A stretch of DNA of 44,460 nt from Actinomycetota bacterium (GTDB taxonomy: Bacteria > Actinomycetota > Actinomycetes > Nanopelagicales > Nanopelagicaceae): positions 1 to 44,460 of the forward strand of contig JBAWXP010000001.1 of NCBI GenBank assembly GCA_037143995.1, given 5' to 3'. This document shows, piece after piece, positions 32,411 through 42,412 of this stretch (position 1 is the first letter of the stretch; each line of letters starts with the position of its first letter). The notes below the pieces were generated by a model. That model saw only the letters and a list, made by a program, of their open reading frames with translations. It was not told the DNA's origin and ran no database searches. Made by a program: the position numbers and the translations under genes.

Positions 32411-32998
32411 TTATCCATTTTCGCCATCTACACGCGTAGGAACTCCATAGAAAATTGTTGCCTGCCCGTATTTCTTTTGACGAATTTCTTCCAGACCTTC
32501 GGGCCACGAAATCTCTTTTACGCGACTATTGCGTTCGATTGCGATGAGAGCTTGCTGATCGATGAAGCCACCATCACGAAGCTGAATGAGAGTTTCAATA
32601 ACATCAACGTCTTCAACGTCATACGGTGGATCGATATAAATGAAGTGATAAGGCTGAGCAGCTTTATCTTCGAGGAAGCGATGAACATTCATTGAGTAGA
32701 GATGGAAAATTCCGGGACAACTGGCGCTCTTGAGATTCTCCCAATTGCTAGTAATTGCCTTGGCAGCAGAGTCATCTTTCTCGACTGCATGAACGAGAGC
32801 TGCACCACGAGAGAGTGCTTCAAGTGCAATTGCACCTGTTCCTGCGTAGAGATCTAAGACATGTAACCCATCAAATTCACCGAACTCGGACGTTAGCGTT
32901 GAGAAGAGTGCTTCACGTGCACGATCCGATGTGGGACGGGTCGAGCTTGCGACTGCATCAATAGAGCGCCCTTTAGCAAGGCCAGCGATTATTCTCAT
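32411..32998 (-). CDS. rsmD: 16S rRNA (guanine966-N2)-methyltransferase
   Basis: MRIIAG.AKGR, TRPTSDRAREALF, LDLYAGTGA, DPPY. Confidence 0.93.
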   Translation of the reverse strand: MRIIAGLAKGRSIDAVASSTRPTSDRAREALFSTLTSEFGEFDGLHVLDLYAGTGAIALEALSRGAALVHAVEKDDSAAKAITSNWENLKSASCPGIFHLYSMNVHRFLEDKAAQPYHFIYIDPPYDVEDVDVIETLIQLRDGGFIDQQALIAIERNSRVKEISWPEGLEEIRQKKYGQATIFYGVPTRVDGENG

Positions 32999-33000
32999 AG

Positions 33001-35166
33001 TTAAGCCTTATCTATATATTCAGAAGCTGCATCCGCTTGAATATCTGCAAGCTCTGTCGCTAAAAGTGGGAACTGTGAAAGTCCTAATTCGAGAATTATA
33101 GATGCATCTTCACGCGCCTGCTCAATCATCGATTCATCCCGTAGAACTCGCAGCAATCGCAGGTGTGAACGCCCTCCTGATTGGCTGACACCTAATACAT
33201 CGCCTTCACGTCTTTGCTCAAGATCGATGCGAGAGAGTTCAAATCCATCAACAGTTCCAGCGACTGCATCTAATCTCTCACGTGCAGAACTTTCCGGAAG
33301 TGCGCTTGTGACAAGCAGGCAGAGCCCTGGAGATGTTCCACGACCTACACGGCCGCGAAGCTGATGCAATTGAGAAACTCCAAAACGATCGGCATCCATA
33401 ATGACCATCACCGTTGCATTCGGAACATCGACGCCGACTTCGATAACAGTGGTCGAGATCAAAACATCAATCTCTTTATCTGTAAAAGCTCGCATCGTTG
33501 AATCTTTGAGCTCTGCAGTTTGTCGACCATGCAATGGTGCAACTTTTACGCCCTTGAGCGCTCCCCCAGAAAGCAGCGGACCTAGCTCTTCAACAGATGC
33601 AATCTCAGTGCTGCTCTCTCCCATGAGGAAATCGATATCTGAATCTTCCGGAGTTCCTGCAGAAATTCGAGGGGCAACGATGTAGGCCTGATGACCCTGT
33701 GAAACTTCTTCACCAATTCGTTCCCATGCTCGTTCTAAGAAACCTGGTTTCTCAAGTACGGGGATGACGTGCGTTGTTATGGGTTGGCGGCCGAGCGGCA
33801 ATTCGCGCAACGTGGATACATCAAGATCACCGAATACGGTCATTGCAACAGTTCGTGGAATTGGCGTTGCTGTCATGACAAGAAGATGTGGAGGATTCTG
33901 CGCCTTACTCTTCAGAGCATCACGTTGTTCTACACCGAAGCGATGTTGCTCATCGACAACAATTAACCCTAAATCGTTAAATGTAACGCTCTCGCCCAAT
34001 AGCGCATGGGTACCAATGACAATACCTGCGGCGCCTGTTGCAGCAAGTGTCAGAGCATCTTTACGTGCGGCTGCGCTCTGCGATCCTGTAATCAGAGTTA
34101 CCTGTGTTGCGATATCAGATCCGCCAAGCATGCCACCCTGCGAAAGCGGACCAAGAAGTTTTTCGATGGTACGTAGATGTTGCGCAGCAAGTACTTCAGT
34201 CGGTGCCAGAAGTGCTGCTTGTCCACCGTTATCAATAACCGACAACATGGCGCGCAATGCGACAACTGTCTTACCCGAACCTACTTCACCTTGGAGCAAT
34301 CGATGCATGGGATGTGGCTGTGCAACATCCTCGGCAATTTCTCGCGCCACTTCTCTCTGTCCAGCAGTGAGTTCAAAGGGAAGAGAAGCATCGAAGGCAT
34401 CGAGAAGCCCGCCGCTACGCGCAGGCCTTGCCACTGCATCGAGATTCTTCAACTCTCGACGTCGCGTGAGGAGAAGCAATTGCAGCAGGAAAGCTTCATC
34501 GAAGGTAATGCGTTGACGCGCTTTCTCGGCAGTGTCGAGATCTACTGGGTTATGCAGTTGTACGAGGGCTTGGTGAAGAGTTGGATAGCCATACTTTTCG
34601 CGTATCGATTCAGGTAAGAAATCTGGAACTTCATCAAGTGCTCCAATTGCTAGCTCAATGCACTGCGCAATTTTCCACGATGGCAACTTGGCACTTGCTG
34701 GATACATAGGTAGATACTTTCCAGCAAAACTTTCAACAGCTGCATCGACATCGTTGCCATCTGCAATGAGTTCATAATCGGGGTGTGCCAGTTGCCGTTT
34801 TCCATTGAAGACTCCAACTTTGCCCGCAAAGAGCCCTTGCTTACCGACCTTAAGTTCCTTCTCGCGCCAGGCTTGATTAAAGAAGGTCAGCGATAGCTTT
34901 GCTGAACCATCCGTGACGATTACTTCAAGGATATTTCCTTTACGGCCCTGCAATCTGCGACTGGATGCGCTAAAGACCTCGGCGAGGATTGTGACTTCAT
35001 CGCCTTCATTGAGTTCGGAGATATTGGATAATTCACCACGCACTAAATAGCGACGAGGGTAGTGATGGAGCAGATCGCCAACAGTTGTATAGCCAAATAA
35101 ATCTTTCAACACTTTTGTAGTGCGATCGCCCAAGACTCCGACAAGTTTCGAATCAAGGGTGGCCAT
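33001..35166 (-). CDS. recG: ATP-dependent DNA helicase RecG
   Basis: RLLQGEVGSGKT, DEQHRFGV, MTATPIPRT, QLHQLRGRVGRG. Confidence 0.97.
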   Translation of the reverse strand: MATLDSKLVGVLGDRTTKVLKDLFGYTTVGDLLHHYPRRYLVRGELSNISELNEGDEVTILAEVFSASSRRLQGRKGNILEVIVTDGSAKLSLTFFNQAWREKELKVGKQGLFAGKVGVFNGKRQLAHPDYELIADGNDVDAAVESFAGKYLPMYPASAKLPSWKIAQCIELAIGALDEVPDFLPESIREKYGYPTLHQALVQLHNPVDLDTAEKARQRITFDEAFLLQLLLLTRRRELKNLDAVARPARSGGLLDAFDASLPFELTAGQREVAREIAEDVAQPHPMHRLLQGEVGSGKTVVALRAMLSVIDNGGQAALLAPTEVLAAQHLRTIEKLLGPLSQGGMLGGSDIATQVTLITGSQSAAARKDALTLAATGAAGIVIGTHALLGESVTFNDLGLIVVDEQHRFGVEQRDALKSKAQNPPHLLVMTATPIPRTVAMTVFGDLDVSTLRELPLGRQPITTHVIPVLEKPGFLERAWERIGEEVSQGHQAYIVAPRISAGTPEDSDIDFLMGESSTEIASVEELGPLLSGGALKGVKVAPLHGRQTAELKDSTMRAFTDKEIDVLISTTVIEVGVDVPNATVMVIMDADRFGVSQLHQLRGRVGRGTSPGLCLLVTSALPESSARERLDAVAGTVDGFELSRIDLEQRREGDVLGVSQSGGRSHLRLLRVLRDESMIEQAREDASIILELGLSQFPLLATELADIQADAASEYIDKA

Positions 35167-35208
35167 GGCGTTATTCTCTCCTTACAAGTGCTGCATCCCC
35201 TTATCTTC

Positions 35209-35242
35209 CGCATGGATTTTGGTTTTTCGCATGGATTTTGGT
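35209..35242. repeat. Direct repeat of CGCATGGATTTTGGT (15 bp x2, 19-bp period)
   Basis: Exact copies at 35209-35223 and 35228-35242 in the recG/rpmB divergent intergenic region. Confidence 0.85.
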
Positions 35243-35348
35243 GGATTCGCCCTACCCCGCCCCCTCTTGCTACCCTTACGCCCTGTTCCTGATGGGAACG
35301 AGAAATTCTTTAGATCTAAGGAATTTGTAATCTAGAAGGAGTAACAAC

Positions 35349-35534
35349 ATGGCATCTTCATGCGACATCTGTGGCAAGGGCCCAAGCTTTGGCAATAACG
35401 TTTCACACTCACAGGTGAAGACACGTCGTCGTTGGAATCCAAATATCCAGCGCGTAAAGACACTCGTAGCAGGCGCATCAAAGCGTCAGAACGTATGTAC
35501 TTCATGCCTTAAGGCTGGAAAAGTTACTCGCTAA
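35349..35534 (+). CDS. rpmB: 50S ribosomal protein L28 (Zn-binding CxxC form)
   Basis: CDICGKGPSFGNNVSHS..KTRRRWNPN, CTSC; AAGGAG Shine-Dalgarno. Confidence 0.97.
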   Translation: MASSCDICGKGPSFGNNVSHSQVKTRRRWNPNIQRVKTLVAGASKRQNVCTSCLKAGKVTR

Positions 35535-36458
35535 CTACTTACTTGTACCGAAGTGGCTCCAGGAAACTGGGGCCACTTTGCTTTTCACTCCAGAAATTCC
35601 GCTTCCTGATTCCACGGTTCCAATTTTAATTCCGGGTAAATCGCTACCTGTAGCCAGAAGCACGTGGTCTTCGCCTCCTGCATATATCCATTGGAATACA
35701 TCCGTATTTAACTTATCTGCCAAAGCAGAAAGCTCTGCAAATTCAGGTGCTTTCGCAATGAGCGCCTCGTCAAAGTGAAGAGAAACCTTGGAAGCTTCGG
35801 CTAACTGAGAACCTTGTATAAGTAGCGAATCCGATACATCTGACATTGCCGTTGCGCGTGAGAAATCAATTGCGTAATCAAGTGACGGTGCTGAGAATTC
35901 AGAGAGCGCCTTCTCCGCATGTGGTGAGTTAATTGCCACTTGGCGGGTGAGAAGTTCGAGCCCCGCTGCTGACCACCCGGGTAGGGATGAGATAAATATT
36001 CCATCACCAACGCGTGATCCACTGCGAAGTATGGGAGTGCTTGCGTGTCCAAGCGCGGTCATCGAAATAACAACGTGTGCACCACGCGCTATATCTCCAC
36101 CGACAATATGTGCGCCAGCTAGGTCGGCTTCGTGCTTCATTCCTCGAGCTAAATTTTCAATCCACTGCAATGTTTCATTACCTGTAAGAGCGACAGAGGC
36201 TGTCAAAAAGTCGCAGCGCCCTCCCATCGATAAAATATCAGCAACATTTGCAGCAGTAATCTTGCGCCCAATATCGAAGGGTGAAGACCACTCGAGTTTA
36301 AAGTGGACATCTTCAACTGCCATATCCGAGGTAATAAGCGACTGCGTGGACGTTTCAAGAATGGCTGCATCATCGCCAATTCCAACAACTACGCGAGAAT
36401 CATCGGTCGCAAAAATCTTCTGCAGCGCAGATATGACTTCGCCTTCGACAAATCCCAT
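35535..36458 (-). CDS. thiL: Thiamine-monophosphate kinase
   Basis: GIGDDAA, VEDVHF, ANVADILSMGG, IVGGD, MSDVSDSL, GGEDH. Start is 36458 or 36464. Confidence 0.92.
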   Translation of the reverse strand: MGFVEGEVISALQKIFATDDSRVVVGIGDDAAILETSTQSLITSDMAVEDVHFKLEWSSPFDIGRKITAANVADILSMGGRCDFLTASVALTGNETLQWIENLARGMKHEADLAGAHIVGGDIARGAHVVISMTALGHASTPILRSGSRVGDGIFISSLPGWSAAGLELLTRQVAINSPHAEKALSEFSAPSLDYAIDFSRATAMSDVSDSLLIQGSQLAEASKVSLHFDEALIAKAPEFAELSALADKLNTDVFQWIYAGGEDHVLLATGSDLPGIKIGTVESGSGISGVKSKVAPVSWSHFGTSK

Positions 36459-36511
36459 AGCCATAACACTATTGGATGAGATAGCGTTAGGGCGAAGCGA
36501 GAGGATTTCAT

Positions 36512-36745
36512 ATGTCAGTACAGGCCTACATCTTGATTCAAACCGAAGTTGGCAAAGCGTCATCAGTTGCTGCCGCTATCAATACAATTCCGGGCGTATC
36601 ACTAGCCGAAGGTGTAACGGGTCCTTACGATGTCATCATGCGAGCTGAAGCACCGTCCATGGAAGAGTTTGGTCGCGCCATCTTGACGAAGGTGCAAGCA
36701 GTTCCTGGAATTACTCGCACGTTGACCTGCCCCGTAACAAATTAA
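36512..36745 (+). CDS. Stand-alone Lrp/AsnC ligand-binding-domain protein (no HTH)
   Basis: VQAYILIQTEVGK, VTGPYDVI, GITRTLTCPV; GAGG Shine-Dalgarno; usual position divergent from thiL. Confidence 0.85.
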   Translation: MSVQAYILIQTEVGKASSVAAAINTIPGVSLAEGVTGPYDVIMRAEAPSMEEFGRAILTKVQAVPGITRTLTCPVTN

Positions 36746-37789
36746 TTAACGGGATAAGGCGCTCTGCAGTAAGTGCGTAATAACTTCTGAATATCCGATT
36801 CCTGTTGCTTGCCACATCTTTGGATAAGCTGAAGTTCTCGTAAAACCTGGCATTGTGTTGATCTCATTAATAATGATCTCTCCGGCCTGAGTTACGAAAA
36901 AGTCAACACGCGCTAAACCTTCTGCCCCTATCGCCTTAAATGCAATAAGAGCGTAGCTCTGAATTTCTTCAATAATCTGTGGGTTAAAAGGCGCGGGAAT
37001 ATCTATTCTCGTCGCGCCATCGAGATATTTGGCTTGATAGTCGTAAAACTCATAGTGAGGATCAATCCAGACTTTTCCAGGAATTGATGCTTGTGGGCTT
37101 CCATTAATCTCTAGAACTGCACATTCAACCTCAGCACCTTCGATAGCGCTTTCAATCAAAACTTTAGAATCGAAAGAGAGTGCTTCATCCATTGCAGTCG
37201 CAAATGAGCTTAACTCCTTGACCTTCACAGTCCCCCGACTGGATCCTCCACGAGATGCCTTGACGAATATGGGCATCCCGAGCGGCGCAATTGATTCTGT
37301 AATTGTTTCAGGGCTGCGCTTCCACTCAATCTCCGTAACGGTAATGCCGGGAGCTATAGCAATACCTGCTGATGAAAAGAAAGACTTTGCATCTGACTTA
37401 TCCATGGCAATCTCAGATGCAGCTGCTCCGCTTCCTACATATGGAATACCGAGAAGATCGAGATCGCTTTGAAGTTGTCCATCTTCTCCATAAGTACCGT
37501 GAAGAACAGGAAAAATCACATCTGCCACCAGCGCAACGCCATCAATCGATAGCCCGTCTTTCCCTCGTGTTACTTCAGGGAAATTTCCGGTTACAGATGG
37601 AAGAGCTCCGTTTTCAAGTAACAATGGATAATCCAGCGGAAGTGCCATCCACTTTCCTTCGCGTGTAATACCGATCAGGATTGGTTCATATTCAACGCGA
37701 TTGATAGCTGAAAGAAGGCCGCCTGCCGATAGGCATGAGATCTCGTGTTCGCTACCTGGCCCTCCGCATAAGATTGCAACGCGTTTCAT
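36746..37789 (-). CDS. ddl: D-alanine--D-alanine ligase
   Basis: GG.GSEHEIS, FPVLHGTYGEDG, GGSS.G, FYDYQAKY, NEINTMPGFT. Confidence 0.96.
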   Translation of the reverse strand: MKRVAILCGGPGSEHEISCLSAGGLLSAINRVEYEPILIGITREGKWMALPLDYPLLLENGALPSVTGNFPEVTRGKDGLSIDGVALVADVIFPVLHGTYGEDGQLQSDLDLLGIPYVGSGAAASEIAMDKSDAKSFFSSAGIAIAPGITVTEIEWKRSPETITESIAPLGMPIFVKASRGGSSRGTVKVKELSSFATAMDEALSFDSKVLIESAIEGAEVECAVLEINGSPQASIPGKVWIDPHYEFYDYQAKYLDGATRIDIPAPFNPQIIEEIQSYALIAFKAIGAEGLARVDFFVTQAGEIIINEINTMPGFTRTSAYPKMWQATGIGYSEVITHLLQSALSR

Positions 37790-38787
37790 CGAATAAAGTT
37801 TTCTGCCTTAGTGGTGATCTCCATCAGCTTCTGAAAAGCTGCTTCCGGAGTCAATTGTTCACTGACAATATCCCCAACCGCTTCAATAACGGGTACTTCA
37901 ATTCCAACTCTATGAGCAATTTCAGCAACTGCCCCAGCAGATGCAACGCCCTCTACTGTTTTAGCAACCTCTGCGCGAGCCTTGGCCATGGACCCTGTGC
38001 GACCTAGCGCTTCTCCAAATGTGCGGTTGCGAGAAAGTGGTGAGCCACAACTGGCAACGAGATCACCCATTCCGGCAAGTCCTGCAGCTGAAAGTGGATC
38101 AGAACCATGTGCGGCACACAACCGTGCGACTTCATTGAGTCCACGGGTAATTAACATTGCTTGAGTATTTTCGCCAAAGCCCATGCCGATGGAGATTCCT
38201 ACCGCAAGAGCAATGACGCTCTTGATTGCACCAGCGAGTTCGCACCCCATTACATCGATTGATGTGTACACGCGGTAATACGGTGTGCGGAATAGATCGC
38301 GAATCTGTTCGGATAACTCGATAGTAGGAGCTGCTACGACTGCGCCAGCTGGTTGGCGCAGGACAAGTTCATCAGCCAAATTAGGGCCAGTGATTATCGC
38401 AACTCTGTGCGAACTCAAAACATCTTCGATGACCTCGGTCATGCGCATTTGTGTGCTTATCTCTATGCCTTTGAGTGTGCTCACTATTGTGCAATATTTA
38501 CCGAAATGGCCCTTCCAATCCTGCAGAGTAGAACGCAACTGTTGAGCAGGGATTGCCAGGATATAGATATCGGAAAAATTAAATGCCTCGTCAAGATCAG
38601 TGGTGGCGATAATCGCATCAGGCAGCACATGCCCCTGCAGATATTTCCTATTTGTATGAGATGAGTTTATTTCTGCAATTACTTCTACGCTTCTTCCCCA
38701 CAGCAAGACTTGATTTCCGGCATCGCTTAAGACTTGTGCCATGGTCGATCCCCATGCACCTGCTCCGAAGACCGTTACTTTGCTCAT
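37786..38787 (-). CDS. gpsA: NAD(P)H-dependent glycerol-3-phosphate dehydrogenase
   Basis: GAGAWGS, KGIE, GPNLA, GLAGMGDL, SRNRTFG, VEGV. Confidence 0.95.
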   Translation of the reverse strand: MSKVTVFGAGAWGSTMAQVLSDAGNQVLLWGRSVEVIAEINSSHTNRKYLQGHVLPDAIIATTDLDEAFNFSDIYILAIPAQQLRSTLQDWKGHFGKYCTIVSTLKGIEISTQMRMTEVIEDVLSSHRVAIITGPNLADELVLRQPAGAVVAAPTIELSEQIRDLFRTPYYRVYTSIDVMGCELAGAIKSVIALAVGISIGMGFGENTQAMLITRGLNEVARLCAAHGSDPLSAAGLAGMGDLVASCGSPLSRNRTFGEALGRTGSMAKARAEVAKTVEGVASAGAVAEIAHRVGIEVPVIEAVGDIVSEQLTPEAAFQKLMEITTKAENFIR

Positions 38788-39563
38788 GCCCTCTTCTTCT
38801 TGAAATTTCCTGTGCGCGGTAAATCCGATGTGTGCGGGTCAAAGATTACTTGAGGTCGCTTCTCGCCACGAATTTCTTCTAAAAGAGTAGTGATAGCACG
38901 CATGATCTCGGCAGTTGCTTCGATGAGCGCTTGAGGATCTTCGCCCTTTCCATACCACTTCGATAAATCAACGGGCTTGCCTACGCGAATGATGATTGTC
39001 TTCCGAGGAAAGAGTCTGAGCTTCGTTGTGTAATTAGGAACGATGAGTTGAGATCCCCATTGCGCAATTGGGATAACAGGCGTATTTGTCTGTAGCGCAA
39101 GACGTGCGCAACCAGTCTTTGCAATCATCGGCCACATATTGGGATCGCGAGTCAGAGTTCCTTCTGGATAGACGCCAAGCATGTGACCTTGTTCAAGAAT
39201 AAGTTTTGCGTGATCGACAGCCTTCTTTGCATCACTGCTTTCGCGTTCGACCGGAATTTGGCCAGCCGCAAGAAGAATTTTTCCGATCACCGGTGTCTTA
39301 AATATTCCAGATTTTCCAAGATACCTGGGGGCTCGACCATTGCGATAGAGAAAGTGGGTAAAGACCAATACATCGAGATAGGACATGTGATTGCTGGCAA
39401 CGATAACGCGACCCGAGGCAGGAATATTCTCTGCGCCCTTCCAGTCCCGGCTCCAGAAGAGATTGAAGATTGGAATAATAATTTTGGTACATATTTTAAA
39501 GGTGAAATTTGTGCCGAGCGGATACCCGCGAGGAGGTTCGTAGCGAACTTTGAACTCAGCCAT
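38784..39563 (-). CDS. plsC: 1-acyl-sn-glycerol-3-phosphate acyltransferase
   Basis: NHMSYLD (HX4D), YPEGTLTRDP, KTGCARLAL. Confidence 0.88.
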   Translation of the reverse strand: MAEFKVRYEPPRGYPLGTNFTFKICTKIIIPIFNLFWSRDWKGAENIPASGRVIVASNHMSYLDVLVFTHFLYRNGRAPRYLGKSGIFKTPVIGKILLAAGQIPVERESSDAKKAVDHAKLILEQGHMLGVYPEGTLTRDPNMWPMIAKTGCARLALQTNTPVIPIAQWGSQLIVPNYTTKLRLFPRKTIIIRVGKPVDLSKWYGKGEDPQALIEATAEIMRAITTLLEEIRGEKRPQVIFDPHTSDLPRTGNFKKKRA

Positions 39564-39581
39564 GTTTCAAATCCTAGCTAT

Positions 39582-39617
39582 AAAAAAACTGAGGCCGCAC
39601 ATTGTGCGACCTCAGTT
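39582..39617 (-). terminator. Rho-independent terminator after hup
   Basis: Minus strand AACTGAGGTCGCAC-AAT-GTGCGGCCTCAGTT followed by a T tract. Confidence 0.88.
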
Positions 39618-39653
39618 CTTTAAGTTATTTAGGTAAAAAGTTTGAAAGAAGAA

Positions 39654-40112
39654 TTAACGCTTCTTTGTAGCCTTCTTAGCTGTCTTCTTACGTGCAGGAG
39701 CCTTCTTAGCTGTCTTCTTGACAACCTTCTTAGCTGCCTTCTTCTTTGCAGGAGCCTTCTTCTTTGCAGCTGCCTTCTTTGCAACAGGCTTAGCGACAGC
39801 CTTAACTTCTGGCTTTGGTGCTGGACCGAGCTTACGATCGCCAGCAACAATCTCCTTAAGAGCCTTCGCAGGAAGGAAACGTGCCTTCTTTGAAGCCTTA
39901 ATCTTGATTGTCTCGCCTGTGAATGGGTTACGTCCCATACGTGCCTTGCGATCAACCTTCTTGAACTTTCCAAAATCGTTGATCATGACATCGTTACCAG
40001 CTGACATGTTGCGTGTGATTGTGTCAAAAACGATATCTACAGCGTGTGTAGCTTCCTTCTTGCTGCCGTTGAAGTGTGGGGCCAACGCAGCGATAAACTG
40101 GGCCTTATTCAT
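39654..40112 (-). CDS. hup: HU-family DNA-binding protein with Lys/Ala-rich histone-H1-like tail
   Basis: MNKAQFI, FGKF, ARMGRNPFTGETIKI; C-terminal AKK/PAKK repeats. Confidence 0.94.
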   Translation of the reverse strand: MNKAQFIAALAPHFNGSKKEATHAVDIVFDTITRNMSAGNDVMINDFGKFKKVDRKARMGRNPFTGETIKIKASKKARFLPAKALKEIVAGDRKLGPAPKPEVKAVAKPVAKKAAAKKKAPAKKKAAKKVVKKTAKKAPARKKTAKKATKKR

Positions 40113-40305
40113 TCAATTCCCCTTATGTTTACGCGTAAATAATTAAGCTTTTGCCTAACTGAGTAAAACTTAAACCTATCTAAGGGGTGAGAGCGTTATT
40201 GACGCGTGCGTGTCGCAAGTAAATATTCTCGTAAAAAACAACTTTTTATGCGTAAATAACTCTCATTCCTTCATTGAGACTTTTACACTTTCTACTCACC
40301 CTACG

Positions 40306-40332
40306 AAAAAGTAAGCGATTTACGCTTACTTT
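40306..40332 (-). terminator. Rho-independent terminator after leuD
   Basis: AAAGTAAGCG-n5-CGCTTACTTT stem 8 bp after the leuD stop, ending in a T run on the minus strand. Confidence 0.78.
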
Positions 40333-40339
40333 CAACGTC

Positions 40340-40939
40340 TCAGATACGGATGGGAAGAGTTGTTGGCTTGTAAGAGGCGCGCTTTGCCTCAAATGCATCG
40401 ATGGAATCAGTGTGGTTCAAGGTTAATCCGATGTCATCGAGACCTTCCATTAAACGCCAACGGGTGTAATCGTCGAGTTCGAAGGCGACGCTGACATCGT
40501 TATAGGAAACTGTACGAGTTTCAAGATCAACGGTGATCGCAGTGTTGGGAGCTGACTCGATAACCTGCCAGATAGCCTCAACAGCTTCTTGCGGCAGGAT
40601 GACGGTAAGTAGCCCACCCTTAAGCGAATTACCGCGGAAGATATCGGCGAAACGACTTGAGATCACAGCTTTAAATCCATAGTTCTGCAGAGCCCAGACT
40701 GCATGCTCACGAGATGAACCTGTGCCGAATTCAGGACCGGCAACAAGAATTGATCCGCTCTTGTACTCATCTTTATTGAGGACAAATTCAGGATCGCTGC
40801 GCCATGCAGAGAAGAGTCCATCCTCAAAGCCGCTACGAGTAACGCGCTTGAGGTAGACGGCAGGGATGATCTGATCTGTATCTACATTGCTGCGGCGAAG
40901 TGGAACTCCAGTACCAGTGTGCTTAATAAATTTTTCCAT
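40340..40939 (-). CDS. leuD: 3-isopropylmalate dehydratase small subunit
   Basis: [38 protein letters not shown]. Confidence 0.97.
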   Translation of the reverse strand: MEKFIKHTGTGVPLRRSNVDTDQIIPAVYLKRVTRSGFEDGLFSAWRSDPEFVLNKDEYKSGSILVAGPEFGTGSSREHAVWALQNYGFKAVISSRFADIFRGNSLKGGLLTVILPQEAVEAIWQVIESAPNTAITVDLETRTVSYNDVSVAFELDDYTRWRLMEGLDDIGLTLNHTDSIDAFEAKRASYKPTTLPIRI

Positions 40940-40955
40940 TAGTGATAGCCCTCTC

Positions 40956-42347
40956 TTACAAATCTGCCGGTGATGAAAGCGTTCCGCGGATTGCTGTAGC
41001 TGCAGCCACTAGCGGGCTGACAAGGTGAGTTCGTCCACCTTTTCCTTGGCGGCCTTCGAAGTTACGGTTGGAGGTCGAGGCAGAACGTTCGCCCACTGCT
41101 AACTGATCTGGGTTCATACCTAGACACATAGAGCAACCTGCATTTCGCCATTCAGCGCCGAAGTCTAAGAAGACTTTATCTAAGCCTTCCTTCATCGCCT
41201 GCTGACGTACGCGCTCAGAACCAGGCACTACGAGCATGCGAAGTTTTGGAGCAATCTTCTTTCCTTCGATCACTGATGCTGCTGCACGTAAATCCTCGAT
41301 ACGGCCATTGGTGCAGGACCCTAAGAAAACAGTATCAATAGCTATCTTCTTCAGTGGTGTTCCGGCAGTAAGCCCCATGTATTCGAGTGCGCGCTCTGCA
41401 GCTCCGCGCTCTTCAGAATCCTTGATATCTGCAGGGTTTGGAACTGATGCATTGAGCGGCAAACCTTGTCCTGGGTTTGTTCCCCATGTAACAAATGGCT
41501 CAAGAGTGTTTGCATCGAGTGTAATTTCAACGTCAAACTTCGCATCTGCATCTGTAAAGAGAGTCTCCCAATAGCTTTGGGCAGCTGCAAAGTCTTCAGG
41601 TGCATGTGGCTTGCCCAAAATGTAATCAAATGTCTTCTGGTCGGGTGCAATAAGCCCTGCGCGTGCGCCTGCTTCGATAGACATATTGCAGACAGTCATA
41701 CGACCTTCCATTGATAACTCGCGAATAGCTGAACCGCGATATTCAATGATGTAGCCTTGTCCCCCACCAGTTCCGATTTGGGCGATGATGGCAAGGATGA
41801 TGTCCTTTGCTGTTACGCCAGTCTTTAAAGTTCCTTCTACATTAATTGCCATCGTCTTGGGGCGGCGTGATGGAAGAGTCTGAGTTGCAAGTACGTGTTC
41901 AACTTCGGAAGTTCCGATACCGAATGCGATTGCACCAAATGCACCATGTGTAGATGTATGTGAATCGCCACAGACAATTGTCATACCAGGTTGGGTGATT
42001 CCAAGTTGTGGTCCCACAACGTGCACAACGCCTTGATCGGCATCTCCTAATGAGTGGATACGGATTCCAAATTCCTTGGCGTTATTGCGCAACGTATCAA
42101 TCTGTAGCTTTGAAACTGGGTCTGCGATCGGCTTTAAAATATCTAGAGTCGGAGTGTTGTGATCTTCTGTAGCAATAGTTAAGTCAGGACGGCGCACCTT
42201 GCGACCTGCAAGACGCAATCCATCGAATGCCTGCGCACTTGTTACTTCGTGAACAAGTTGTAGATCGATGTACAGGAGATCTGGCTCTCCATCGGCCTGT
42301 CGAACGATATGGTCATCCCAAATCTTCTCGGCTAGCGTCTTTCCCAT
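40956..42347 (-). CDS. leuC: 3-isopropylmalate dehydratase large subunit
   Basis: [60 protein letters not shown] Shine-Dalgarno before ATG 42347. Confidence 0.97.
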   Translation of the reverse strand: MGKTLAEKIWDDHIVRQADGEPDLLYIDLQLVHEVTSAQAFDGLRLAGRKVRRPDLTIATEDHNTPTLDILKPIADPVSKLQIDTLRNNAKEFGIRIHSLGDADQGVVHVVGPQLGITQPGMTIVCGDSHTSTHGAFGAIAFGIGTSEVEHVLATQTLPSRRPKTMAINVEGTLKTGVTAKDIILAIIAQIGTGGGQGYIIEYRGSAIRELSMEGRMTVCNMSIEAGARAGLIAPDQKTFDYILGKPHAPEDFAAAQSYWETLFTDADAKFDVEITLDANTLEPFVTWGTNPGQGLPLNASVPNPADIKDSEERGAAERALEYMGLTAGTPLKKIAIDTVFLGSCTNGRIEDLRAAASVIEGKKIAPKLRMLVVPGSERVRQQAMKEGLDKVFLDFGAEWRNAGCSMCLGMNPDQLAVGERSASTSNRNFEGRQGKGGRTHLVSPLVAAATAIRGTLSSPADL

Positions 42348-42412
42348 CAGCTGGTGTGCTCCTTTAAAACTCGTATATTGTGCATCTTCAACGCAATTAA
42401 GACTTGGCGATA

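Noticed and set aside
39629-39973. Arg/Leu-repeat and Cys/Leu-repeat ORFs (39629-39973 minus, 39642-39893 plus)
   Set aside because: They are alternative frames of the Lys/Ala repeat tail of hup.
42348-42412. Classical leucine attenuator upstream of leuC
   Set aside because: There is no run of Leu codons and no terminator/antiterminator hairpins.
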